Positions 1-8,928 of a DNA stretch of 64,000 nt are shown piece by piece. The DNA comes from Oligoflexales bacterium (GTDB lineage Bacteria > Bdellovibrionota_B > Oligoflexia > Oligoflexales > JAPPIL01). Both the position numbers and the translations under genes were made by a program. The stretch covers positions 1,792,001 to 1,856,000 of the forward strand of contig OZ244057.1 in NCBI GenBank assembly GCA_965215515.1, given 5' to 3'. Every line of letters starts with the position of its first letter. Positions within the stretch are counted from its first letter, which is position 1. Under the pieces are notes generated by a model, which had not been told where the DNA came from, did no database searches, and saw only the letters and a program-made list of their open reading frames with translations.

Positions 1-37
1 ATGCCTTCCCGCAGACAAACGTGCTGAGCACTTGTGT

Positions 38-1024
38 TCAGAAAAGCGTGTAGCTTATCTTGGCCATGTTCAACAGCCTGGTTTCGCCAGGTGGTGTTTT
101 GCTGGCGTAGAAACCGTCGAGAAAGTAGTAAAAACTGTTGGAAATCTTCATTTTGTCGCTGATCTCGTAAGAAATCATGAAAGCGTTTTCAACGCCATCG
201 TCAGAACGATAACCACTGCGTTTGATCACCGCCTCACTTCCTTCACCCTCTGCTTCCCATACGGGAGAACGACTGAGCATGTAGGTAGTGCCGACCGCGA
301 GTGCCAGCCCGCTAACGATCTCTGGCTCATAGCTCGCCCACACGCCAGCTTCCGAACTGTAATGCGCGTAGTCCTCCTTGATGGTCAGCTCGTCCCCTTC
401 GCTGGCAGTCAGACCATAGGTCTCCCGAATACTCTCACGACGACCCTCACCCGCGACGTTAGCCACCGCGGTCTCGTTACGTCCGATATGCTGTGTCACA
501 TAGAGGTCGGTCCTACCACCGACGGTAAGCTCACCACCTGCCATCTGCAAGCCGCGCTCGGAAGTTATCTCCGTGCCCAGTGCAAGTGCCAGCTGCGAAC
601 TGCCGTATAGTGGAAAAGTCAAACCAGCCCACGGCTTGAGTGCAAGCATCTCGTTATCGATCAGACTGTAGACCGCATACAACTCTGGATTACGCTGACT
701 GACGGTGCGACTTTGAGGAAACTCCTCCGTCTCCAGCACCTTGTTCAACCCCAAGGTCAGAAACGTGTCGAGCTTGTTGTCGAGCCACTTCGTTCCCACC
801 GTCCCCCGCAGTTGCATGAAAGGGGTGGGGTTCTTCGCCCCATCGACAATCTCGACATAGTTACGCAGGCTAATCCCACTATACGCAGTGGGAAAATAAT
901 CCCGCCAATTGATTTTGCTGGCCGTGACTTCCTCCTCGGCAAAAACCTGCGTCCCGAACGACAGCCCCAGCACGGCAACCGTCGCGCACAGCACAGATAC
1001 TTTCCACCCAAAAACTCGCAACAT
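38..1024 (-). CDS. hypothetical exported protein, probable outer-membrane beta-barrel
   Basis: ATG at 1024 with AAGGAG RBS; signal peptide; amphipathic strands; C-terminal Phe (ISYTLF). Confidence 0.6.
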   Translation of the reverse strand: MLRVFGWKVSVLCATVAVLGLSFGTQVFAEEEVTASKINWRDYFPTAYSGISLRNYVEIVDGAKNPTPFMQLRGTVGTKWLDNKLDTFLTLGLNKVLETEEFPQSRTVSQRNPELYAVYSLIDNEMLALKPWAGLTFPLYGSSQLALALGTEITSERGLQMAGGELTVGGRTDLYVTQHIGRNETAVANVAGEGRRESIRETYGLTASEGDELTIKEDYAHYSSEAGVWASYEPEIVSGLALAVGTTYMLSRSPVWEAEGEGSEAVIKRSGYRSDDGVENAFMISYEISDKMKISNSFYYFLDGFYASKTPPGETRLLNMAKISYTLF

Positions 1025-1097
1025 AACCCACTCCTTCACAAGTAATAAAAACACCCCGCCCCGCAGGAGACGACGCTACCGCCACCCGCAGCGAACG

Positions 1098-2114
1098 TCA
1101 AGCCTTACCGCTAAAATCGTAACCATGCGCACACCCCCGCCGCCCCACAAACCCCGCCGCCCGCAAGCCATCTACGTACTCCCGCAGCAGATCGAGGGCA
1201 ACCTTGATCCGAGTCACCGTGTTGATTTTTTGCCTCACCTCCCGCGCGCGCGGCCAACCCTTCACATACCACAACAGATGCTTACGCATACAAACAACCG
1301 CGCGCCGCGTATCACCATATTCCTGCCGCTGCCGTTGCAAGTGTTCCTCCACTACCCGCAACCACTCGTCAACATCAGGACTTCGAGTAGGCTGGGCTTG
1401 AAAAATCCACGGGTTGCCGAGCGCCCCACGCGCAATCATCAAGGCATCCACCTGTGTTCGTGTGCGCGTAGGAGCGAAGTCAGCCGCGCTGAGCAGATCA
1501 CCGTTGCCGATGACAGGGATCGCCAACGCTCTCTTGAGCTCAGCGATGGCCGCGAGATCGACCCGCTTACCGTAGTTCTCCGTGCGCGTCCGCCCATGCA
1601 CCGTAATCCAATCCGCTCCCGCCTCCTGCGCAGCTATACCGACCTGCACGTAATTAAGCTGGTTGCGATCCCACCCCAGCCTAATCTTAAGCGATAAAGG
1701 CTTCGCAGTCGCCCGCCGCGCTGTCTGCACAATGCGGTAGACACCCGCCACATCACGCAACAAAGCACTGCCGCAACCACTGTTGACCACCTTGCGCACA
1801 GGACAGCCCATGTTGATATCGATCGTATCATAATCATAGGCATCGAGACGCGCCACCGCCTCTCCGATCTCACGCGCCCCACGTCCCGTCAACTGCACAC
1901 CCAGCGCAGCGCGCCCTCGCTTAACTGCCATCATCTCCAACGTGCGACGATTACCGCGGATAATAGGCTGGGCAGCCAACATCTCGATGTAGGTCAGACA
2001 TGCACCGTGCGCCGCACACAAGGAACGAAAGGGATAGTCCGACACCCCCGCCAACGGAGCTAGCACCAACGGCACACCCGCACCGCCCCGTGCCTCAAAA
2101 AACGGCGGTAACAT
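1098..2114 (-). CDS. dusB: tRNA-dihydrouridine synthase (DusB-like)
   Basis: LAPLAGVSD, IDINMGCP, GSALL, HGRT, GNGD, MIARGALGNPW motifs; ATG at 2114 preferred over TTG 2135. Confidence 0.9.
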   Translation of the reverse strand: MLPPFFEARGGAGVPLVLAPLAGVSDYPFRSLCAAHGACLTYIEMLAAQPIIRGNRRTLEMMAVKRGRAALGVQLTGRGAREIGEAVARLDAYDYDTIDINMGCPVRKVVNSGCGSALLRDVAGVYRIVQTARRATAKPLSLKIRLGWDRNQLNYVQVGIAAQEAGADWITVHGRTRTENYGKRVDLAAIAELKRALAIPVIGNGDLLSAADFAPTRTRTQVDALMIARGALGNPWIFQAQPTRSPDVDEWLRVVEEHLQRQRQEYGDTRRAVVCMRKHLLWYVKGWPRAREVRQKINTVTRIKVALDLLREYVDGLRAAGFVGRRGCAHGYDFSGKA

Positions 2115-2234
2115 CGGCCTCGCTGAGCAAGCCACCCCGCAGCATCACCCCAACCACCAGAAACCACGACGACAGGAGCGCGGCTCTAGAAGCTTCCGTA
2201 CCGCAACGCAAATGACAAAAAACACCTGCCCGAA

Positions 2235-2708
2235 TCAGTCGCAATAGTAGCCGCCAAACCTATCGCAATCACTGACGGCGGGATTATCTGGAGTGCGGCT
2301 GTGCTCATGCCCATGGTCTTCGTCCTCACCACCTTCTTCCGACCACACGGGCTCACCACACTGCCAGCCCCAACCTGTCAGACGACTGATCAGTAACTCA
2401 GCTTTGCGCTCGCAATAACCCTCGGTATGATGGGCATGCCACAACACCAGCCATCCTGCCTCAGGGCGTTCGATCGGCTTCGCATAGCGCACTTCACACG
2501 GGACATGCTGTGCGTCAGCCAAATACGCCACCCTCACCAGACGCTCTTTGCTGCCGTGCTGACACGTAGTCGTATAGCCGTTGTAAAAAGGCCCAAAAAC
2601 ATCATCATCATCAGAAGCAGAAGCGGGGGCAACGCCGCTCAGCGCAAGCACGCCCAAAAACACCATCAAGTAAACTCGCATCATTCCTCTCCCAAAAACA
2701 AAAATCAT
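2235..2708 (-). CDS. hypothetical secreted Cys-containing protein
   Basis: 157-aa ORF, signal peptide, 6 Cys; true start may be 2684. Confidence 0.6.
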   Translation of the reverse strand: MIFVFGRGMMRVYLMVFLGVLALSGVAPASASDDDDVFGPFYNGYTTTCQHGSKERLVRVAYLADAQHVPCEVRYAKPIERPEAGWLVLWHAHHTEGYCERKAELLISRLTGWGWQCGEPVWSEEGGEDEDHGHEHSRTPDNPAVSDCDRFGGYYCD

Positions 2709-2723
2709 GGCAGGAAACCAACC

Positions 2724-4580
2724 TCACCGCGGAAAACCACCCCCACCGTCGCGGCATCTCTCGTACAGGGAGGTGCTGTCCCCCAAGTTAACACCGACCT
2801 CTCTTGGCGTAAATGCTTTTCGCACCTCGGGAAAAAATTTCGCTACCCCCGCATCGAGACGCACAACGCTATCGCTATAATGACGAGCCAGTCGTTGATC
2901 GTGCAAAGAGGCGATCACCGTGTGCCCCTGCCACGTAAGACGACGCAACATACGCATCACCTGCCGCTCCTGCTGACCATCGAGTGCCGCAGTCGGTTCG
3001 TCGATGATAACGAGCGGACTAGCATTGTTGAAACCACACGCTAACATTACCCGCTGCCGTTCACCCGCACTCAAAGTATTGACCGCACGACTACGAAAAT
3101 TCGTCAGTCCCAGTTGCTGTAAAATCATCTCGGTGTGCGCATGGTCATGCGCCTGCGGCATACCCTGATGCCAAGGATAACGTCCGAGCAACACCACCTC
3201 ATACACTGAAAAAACAAAACTCGGTAACCGCATCTCAGGAATCCAACTCAACAACCTTGCCCGCTGCCTAGCCGACATCACAGTAACTGACATATCATTC
3301 AACAACACCCGCCCCTCACCCGCAAGACCGACAAGACACCGCAACAAAGTCGTCTTGCCCGCCCCATTACGCCCCAACACACTGATAAACTTTTGCCCCC
3401 CTAACGTGCAGCTGAAAGGGTGCAAAATTTTTTTCCCGCCAACAGTAGCTTGCACATTTTGCAATTCCAATTTTAAGCAAGGCACACAGGGTGGCGACGA
3501 AGACGGGGGTGCGACACGCAGGCGCGGTGCAGGTGGAACATAGGCAGGGCGGCGATTTTGTTGCAACAACACGAAGAGAAAAAAAGGGCCGCCGAGCAGC
3601 GCGGTGACGATACCCACATCGAGTTCACGCACCCCACCCCAGACACGGGTCAACACATCGACGAGCAGCGTAAAACTCATGCCATTGATGATGCTCTTGC
3701 CGAGCAGATTGCGGTGCTCAGCGCCGTAAAAAAGACGACACACATGGGGAATCATCAGCCCCACGAACGGCAACGCGCCCGCTACCGCTACCGTGCTGCC
3801 CACCAGCAAGGCGATCGCCACGATGGCCAGCGCACGCAGACGCACCAAGCTGAGACCGAGCGCACGCGCCACATCTTCCCGCAAACACAACACATCGAGC
3901 GGCACACAGATACGGTAACAGAGCACACCTCCCAACAGACAGGGTAACAGCAACAGCGGCACGTGCGACCAGCCTCGCCCCGCGAACCCCCCGAACAACC
4001 AGTGCAACACACTGCCGATACGATAGTGTTCTTCGATCAGCAAAAAAATAACTAACGAAGTCAGTGCACCGCAGAAGGCATTGATGGCAAAGCCTGCCAG
4101 CAACAAGCGTTCCGTGGAGGCGATGAGATGGCGTTGGGCGAGAAAAATTACCCCTGCGGTGACTAGCAATGCCCCCGTGAAAGCCGCTAGCGGCAGGCTA
4201 TACCAGTGATGCAGCACCGTGCCGCCATAAAACGCAAGTACAGCCCCCAGACCACCACCGCTCGAAGTCCCCAACACCGCGGGGCTGGCCAAGGCATTGC
4301 GGAACAAACCCTGACTAACCACTCCTGCCGCCGCCAACGCCCCGCCGCACAGTGCCGCAATCAAGGTACGAGGCACCCGCAACTCCCCAAACACCACGAC
4401 GGCTAGCGGATCGAGGCTGACACAGGCACTACCCAAATAACAAGCAAGCCAGTCACGCAACAGGGTATACAAGTCCGCTAAACCCAGACCACTGCTACCG
4501 ATGTGCAACGATAACAGCAGCACCACGCACAGCAGCAGGCGACCGCTGCTATGGCGCAGAAAAACAGAAGCTTTCGCCAC
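2724..4580 (-). CDS. fused iron-chelate/cobalamin ABC transporter permease (FecCD/BtuC) + ATPase
   Basis: N-half LRVPR, QGLFRNALASP, FVGLMIPH, VGIVTALLGGPFF; C-half GRNGAGKTT, LSAGERQRV, IIDEPT, SLHD. Confidence 0.85.
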   Translation of the reverse strand: MAKASVFLRHSSGRLLLCVVLLLSLHIGSSGLGLADLYTLLRDWLACYLGSACVSLDPLAVVVFGELRVPRTLIAALCGGALAAAGVVSQGLFRNALASPAVLGTSSGGGLGAVLAFYGGTVLHHWYSLPLAAFTGALLVTAGVIFLAQRHLIASTERLLLAGFAINAFCGALTSLVIFLLIEEHYRIGSVLHWLFGGFAGRGWSHVPLLLLPCLLGGVLCYRICVPLDVLCLREDVARALGLSLVRLRALAIVAIALLVGSTVAVAGALPFVGLMIPHVCRLFYGAEHRNLLGKSIINGMSFTLLVDVLTRVWGGVRELDVGIVTALLGGPFFLFVLLQQNRRPAYVPPAPRLRVAPPSSSPPCVPCLKLELQNVQATVGGKKILHPFSCTLGGQKFISVLGRNGAGKTTLLRCLVGLAGEGRVLLNDMSVTVMSARQRARLLSWIPEMRLPSFVFSVYEVVLLGRYPWHQGMPQAHDHAHTEMILQQLGLTNFRSRAVNTLSAGERQRVMLACGFNNASPLVIIDEPTAALDGQQERQVMRMLRRLTWQGHTVIASLHDQRLARHYSDSVVRLDAGVAKFFPEVRKAFTPREVGVNLGDSTSLYERCRDGGGGFPR

Positions 4581-5114
4581 TCAAGAGCCTTCCGTGGCGG
4601 GAGGTAGAACATTGCTAAATTGCCAGCGTTCGACGTAGGTGGCATAGCTGGCGGTAAAATCGCTTTCATCCCACTGCTCGATGGTAATGAAACGCTTGTC
4701 CTGGGTGTCAATCAGTTCCCAGTAGATAAACTCCTCCGCCTCTTTGCCCTGTTCGCGATAGAACAACCCCGTGCCCGACTCTTCGAGATGATATTGCTGC
4801 CCTTGCCAAGTGACGATGCGGGGAGGATCTTCGGTATCGAGAATACTGCGGCGCACATCGGGTGTCAGTGCAGCTAAGGCTATCTTTGTTCCCCAACACC
4901 AGCTGACTTCGTCATCACAGCTGCGCTGCAAAAAACAACGCTCATTGCCGTGCTCGATTTCCCACTCCCGTGCCTGGTGATGCTTGCCGTAAACGTAGTC
5001 ATGCACCGCCAGCACTTGCCAGGTACGCATGTCGTAATCAAACAGGTAACCACGCTGCATGTCGTGCAAGGCAAGCGATGCGGGCGTAGGCTTTTTTTTG
5101 AAAAAATTAAACAC
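4581..5114 (-). CDS. DUF4178-like hypothetical protein
   Basis: 177 aa; Trp/Tyr-rich pattern (REWE, FIYWE, ITIEQW) resembling DUF4178. Confidence 0.6.
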   Translation of the reverse strand: MFNFFKKKPTPASLALHDMQRGYLFDYDMRTWQVLAVHDYVYGKHHQAREWEIEHGNERCFLQRSCDDEVSWCWGTKIALAALTPDVRRSILDTEDPPRIVTWQGQQYHLEESGTGLFYREQGKEAEEFIYWELIDTQDKRFITIEQWDESDFTASYATYVERWQFSNVLPPATEGS

Positions 5115-5178
5115 ACCCCCTCCGTGCAGTGTGCGTCACCGCGCTGCCCAGATCGCCAGCAGGCTTTTGCTGTCCAAG

Positions 5179-5258
5179 TGGGGACGGAGAGACTCGAACT
5201 CTCACGCCGAAGCACTGGATCCTAAGTCCAACGTGTCTACCAATTCCACCACGTCCCC
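5179..5258 (-). tRNA. tRNA-Leu (anticodon TAG), CCA not encoded
   Basis: GGGGACG/CGTCCCC acceptor stem, GGAATTGGTAGAC D-arm, TTGGA-CTTAGGA-TCCAG anticodon arm, variable arm, GTTCGAGTC T-loop. Confidence 0.97.
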
Positions 5259-5392
5259 CCTGTGCGAGCGGCCTAAGGCTTTCCACAGCAGATCTGCGGA
5301 AAACTGCCGTAGCTCCGCTGACAGCCTGTAACCACACCCTCTATAGATAACAAAAGCTGTTTAATTGCAGTGTGGACAACCTTAAGCACACA

Positions 5393-5752
5393 CTATAGCC
5401 CCGCCGCACTCTTAGCACGTTGCACCAGGGCACGGAACGCTGCTTGATCGGTAAGAGCGATATCTGCCAGCACGCTGCGATCGAGTGCGATACCTTCCTT
5501 CTTTAGTCCGTAGACGAACTGCGAGTACTTGATATCCAGCTCGCGGCAGGCCGCGTTTATCTTCACGATCCACAGACGACGAAACTCTCTTTTCTTGACT
5601 CGACGATCGCGGTAGGCGTAGGCCAGCCCGCGTCGCAACACCTGCATAGCCCCGCGCAGGGTGCGGCTGCGTGCACCACGATAACCGCGCACCGCCGCCA
5701 TGATCTTCTTGCGTCGCCGCCGCGCCTTGAAACCCCGTCTCACTCTAGCCAT
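5393..5752 (-). CDS. rplT: 50S ribosomal protein L20
   Basis: MARVRRG...AYRDRRVKKREFRRLWI. Confidence 0.98.
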   Translation of the reverse strand: MARVRRGFKARRRRKKIMAAVRGYRGARSRTLRGAMQVLRRGLAYAYRDRRVKKREFRRLWIVKINAACRELDIKYSQFVYGLKKEGIALDRSVLADIALTDQAAFRALVQRAKSAAGL

Positions 5753-5761
5753 GTTTTTCCT

Positions 5762-5959
5762 CTATGCACTGAGACATCTCCTGATAGCCCCGCTGTCACG
5801 GCTGTGCACGTACGTCTGTTTTTTCAATCTGTTCTTACGGGAGCGTGCCTTCTTGGTCAAAATGTGACCTTTGTTCGCCTTCGACCGCTTGATCTTGCCC
5901 GAACTCTTGAGAATGAAACGCTTCTTCGCCGCTCGTTTAGACTTTAACTTAGGCATCAC
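5762..5959 (-). CDS. rpmI: 50S ribosomal protein L35
   Basis: MPKLKSKRAAKKRF...HILTKK; directly upstream of rplT. Confidence 0.97.
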   Translation of the reverse strand: MMPKLKSKRAAKKRFILKSSGKIKRSKANKGHILTKKARSRKNRLKKQTYVHSRDSGAIRRCLSA

Positions 5960-6018
5960 TCACCCCACCACCTCACCGAGGCGGTGCACCGTAGCACGAT
6001 TGTGGTGCAATGGCAACG

Positions 6019-6753
6019 TCAATTGTGCTGGGAGGCGGGAAAAATAACCGCAATCCGTGCTTTTGCTAGCAACGCAGAGTTGTCGCGGGCAAACTCCCGC
6101 CAAGCACGGTCATCTACTTCCAGCACGGCGGGGGAAATTTCCCGCACCGTCAGTTCTTGTGTGCGTTGTCCGACGTAGCGGCTCAGCTGTGGTGCGGACA
6201 TGTGACGAAAGTAACGACCCATCAAGCCGCGGCGAAAATATTCCTCCTGCACCATGCTGGCATCGAAGTAGCGTCGTCCGCTTTTCCCTCTTATCTCGTA
6301 TACCGCACGGGGCGGGAAGTAGTGCACGGCACGCAGAATCAACCCCGAATGGCGTGCCTGTGGCAGTTGCACCTTGGCCGCGCCGCGCACGGCAACAGCA
6401 AAAACGTTGGCTAACGAGCTGTTGAAGGTGAGTCGCACACGGCGATCGCTGAAAAAAAACGTCTCTTGCAGTTGTAGGTTGCGGAAAACAAGGTTTGTCA
6501 CCTGTTGTGGCACGATGCCCGTCGCGGTGGGATGATGTTGTGCGTAGAGGTGTGGCATCACTCGCTGCAGATGTCGAAAACCCTGCCACCAAGCCAGTTT
6601 CTCCAATTTCACCCACGTCGTGCCGTGTGCCGTGCCGTGAAATGCAAGCCGTAACTGCGACCAGTTGAGTCGTACCCCTTCGTGCTCGGTAACCACCTGC
6701 TGTGCCGTGAGCGGCGTGCTCGCCCACAACAGGATGAGGGTCAGTTTACGCAT
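6019..6753 (-). CDS. hypothetical exported protein
   Basis: Signal peptide MRKLTLILLWASTPLTA from ATG 6753; overlaps end of suhB. Confidence 0.6.
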   Translation of the reverse strand: MRKLTLILLWASTPLTAQQVVTEHEGVRLNWSQLRLAFHGTAHGTTWVKLEKLAWWQGFRHLQRVMPHLYAQHHPTATGIVPQQVTNLVFRNLQLQETFFFSDRRVRLTFNSSLANVFAVAVRGAAKVQLPQARHSGLILRAVHYFPPRAVYEIRGKSGRRYFDASMVQEEYFRRGLMGRYFRHMSAPQLSRYVGQRTQELTVREISPAVLEVDDRAWREFARDNSALLAKARIAVIFPASQHN

Positions 6754-7657
6754 GTCCCAGATCACGACTGATGAACCCCGCCAGCCGTGACACCGTTACG
6801 GCGTTGCCTGCGATAATATTACCGCCTTCGATGTTGAAGTCGGTGGCTGAGTAGTAGTTGCGCACTTTACCGCCTGCCTCCGTGACCAGCAACCAGCCCG
6901 CCGCGACATCCCACGGTTTTAGCCCTTGTTCCCAGAAACCATCGTAGACACCACGTGCTACCAGGGCAAGATCGAGAGCCGAAGCTCCGTCACTTCTGAC
7001 CGAGCTGTCCGAGCCTTGCGTCACGAGATCACTGCATACCAGTTCACCGCTGGTCGCCTGTTCGCGCACTGTGCCGAGACCTGTGGCTAGAAAACTATCC
7101 TGCAGCTCTCGCTCATCGGCGACCTTGAGACGTACCCCGTTGCAAAAAGCCCCGCCACCCTGATAGGCGAGATATGTCGTGTTATCGACAGGGTTATGAA
7201 TTCCACCCGCCAAGGTCACCATGCGCCCGCTAGCACGCACCTCCGCGAGGGCAACCGAGACGCAGTAGAAAGGGTAGTTGTTAGCGAAGTTGGTCGTGCC
7301 ATCGAGTGGATCGATAAGCCAAACGTAGTCGCCTTTCTGGCGTGCGGCAAATTTCCAGTCGGGCTCGCTCGCTTCCTCCTGCCCCCCGTCGTCATCGAGG
7401 GTGAGAGGGAAAGTCGTCATGGCAGAGGCGAGGCTGCAGCCAGATTCTTCAGAATAAACGTAGTCGTTGCCGAAGAGGCTTTTGATCTGTTCGACAACAA
7501 CCCTTTCACTCGCCATATCCGCAGCGGTAACCAGCGAGCGATCTTTCTTCTGCCTGACTTGCAGATGGGTTGAGATGCAGGCGGTGATCTCCTTACCAGC
7601 CTTGCCTAGCAGTGTCTCGAGAAAAGCAAACAGCTTATCCTGGGAACGTGATAACAA
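6746..7657 (-). CDS. suhB: inositol monophosphatase family protein
   Basis: LVTAAD, SEE, WLIDPLDGTTNF, GSASALD-like, KPWDVAAG; TTG start with AAGGAG. Confidence 0.9.
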   Translation of the reverse strand: MLSRSQDKLFAFLETLLGKAGKEITACISTHLQVRQKKDRSLVTAADMASERVVVEQIKSLFGNDYVYSEESGCSLASAMTTFPLTLDDDGGQEEASEPDWKFAARQKGDYVWLIDPLDGTTNFANNYPFYCVSVALAEVRASGRMVTLAGGIHNPVDNTTYLAYQGGGAFCNGVRLKVADERELQDSFLATGLGTVREQATSGELVCSDLVTQGSDSSVRSDGASALDLALVARGVYDGFWEQGLKPWDVAAGWLLVTEAGGKVRNYYSATDFNIEGGNIIAGNAVTVSRLAGFISRDLGHA

Positions 7658-7714
7658 AAAAACACTCCTTGCGATTCCCCGTGCTCTGCACTTGCTGTAT
7701 AATGAAGAGCGTGG

Positions 7715-8437
7715 GTGTCACTGTTGCAAAGTCTACCGCACATGCTTCAGACAGGAACAGATGCAGTAATAGATAATGTCAGGACATATTGCAAAGCAAA
7801 TCAATACGACAGTGCCCGCAAACTCCTGTCCGCCGCGCTGGTAGCTGACCCTGACAACGCCCGCCTGCATTTTTGGTTAGGCAAGACGTGGCATCACTGT
7901 AACAAGTTTACCGAAGCACTGGCAGCATTCAACCTTGCCCTCAAAGCCGATGCTAATTGCGCCGAAGCGGCCATCTGTCTCATCGCACTCTACTGTGATC
8001 TCGGCCGCTATCAGGACGGGATAGAACTCTACACCCAGCTGCGCCGCTACCACGATCCCGCCCGCGGGCTGCATAAGCTGGCACTGCACAAGCTTGCCCA
8101 ACAGCACATGCGTTGCGGCGACCTCTACGTGCAGATGGGCAAACGGCCTGAAGCGCAGCGCGAATATCAACGTGCCCTCCTCCTTGCACGCGACAACAGC
8201 ACCTGTCGTTTGCGGCTTGCTGTATCTTGTTATTTTGCGGTCAGTCTTGATCGTGGGCGCGAGGAGATCGATACCGTGCTTGCCGCGGAGCCAGAACATT
8301 TCGAGGCACTGTTGTGGTCGGGGTTGGCCTTTTACCAGCAAGATGACCAGCAGCGCGCTACCGAACAGTGGGAGAAGGCTCGCCGTCTACGCCCCCAAGA
8401 CGCGACGGTACGAGCGCTTATCAGGATGAATGCGTGA
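7715..8437 (+). CDS. tetratricopeptide repeat protein
   Basis: Repeated TPR helices (ARLHFWLG, AEAAICL, EALLWSG); TATAAT at 7698-7703. Confidence 0.8.
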   Translation: MSLLQSLPHMLQTGTDAVIDNVRTYCKANQYDSARKLLSAALVADPDNARLHFWLGKTWHHCNKFTEALAAFNLALKADANCAEAAICLIALYCDLGRYQDGIELYTQLRRYHDPARGLHKLALHKLAQQHMRCGDLYVQMGKRPEAQREYQRALLLARDNSTCRLRLAVSCYFAVSLDRGREEIDTVLAAEPEHFEALLWSGLAFYQQDDQQRATEQWEKARRLRPQDATVRALIRMNA

Positions 8438-8928
8438 TGCAAATTTCACCGCGACAGCTCGACAACTACCGCCACTGGTGCGCGGCACGTGGCCTGCCTT
8501 TCGCTGACGATGCTTGTCCGTTCTGTGCCTTTCGTCCTCAAGGTCGGAGTGAACTGCGCATCTGTGCCTACAGCTTGATCGCCGTCGAATTCCAACAGCT
8601 GCACGAGACTGTTCCTGCCTTGCGTCCGTTTCAGCACACTCGCCTCTTCACCTGTCCTGCAGCTGCGGGACAACTATGTACCTTGCAACGACGTGATTTG
8701 CGCAGAGTGAAGACCATCGTTTTGTTGGGTAATCTCTCCGCCCAGCTGGTCACGGGGACACGCCACTTTGCTCGTCAGCAGGGTCGCCCTTACCACAGCG
8801 CGGGTTGGGATAACGTTACCTTCATGTTGACCTTTCATCCCGCTGACCTGCGGCGTTATCCGCCTGCACACACCCTGTGGCGACAGGATTTGCAGCGAGC
8901 TGGCTGTCGTGTGGTGCAAGATGGGTAG
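8437..8928 (+). CDS. degenerate uracil-DNA glycosylase superfamily protein
   Basis: KTIVLLG and TFHPADLRR (C-terminal UDG motif); TGATG coupling to upstream gene; N-terminal catalytic motif not seen. Confidence 0.6.
   Translation: MQISPRQLDNYRHWCAARGLPFADDACPFCAFRPQGRSELRICAYSLIAVEFQQLHETVPALRPFQHTRLFTCPAAAGQLCTLQRRDLRRVKTIVLLGNLSAQLVTGTRHFARQQGRPYHSAGWDNVTFMLTFHPADLRRYPPAHTLWRQDLQRAGCRVVQDG

Noticed and set aside
4581..5178. Cobalamin riboswitch or Fur box upstream of the fused transporter
   Set aside because: The upstream DNA is coding or a short spacer after the tRNA; no B12-box seen, so the substrate stays unassigned
5179..5258. tRNA-Leu as an island integration site
   Set aside because: No duplicated tRNA 3' end or integrase found in the window
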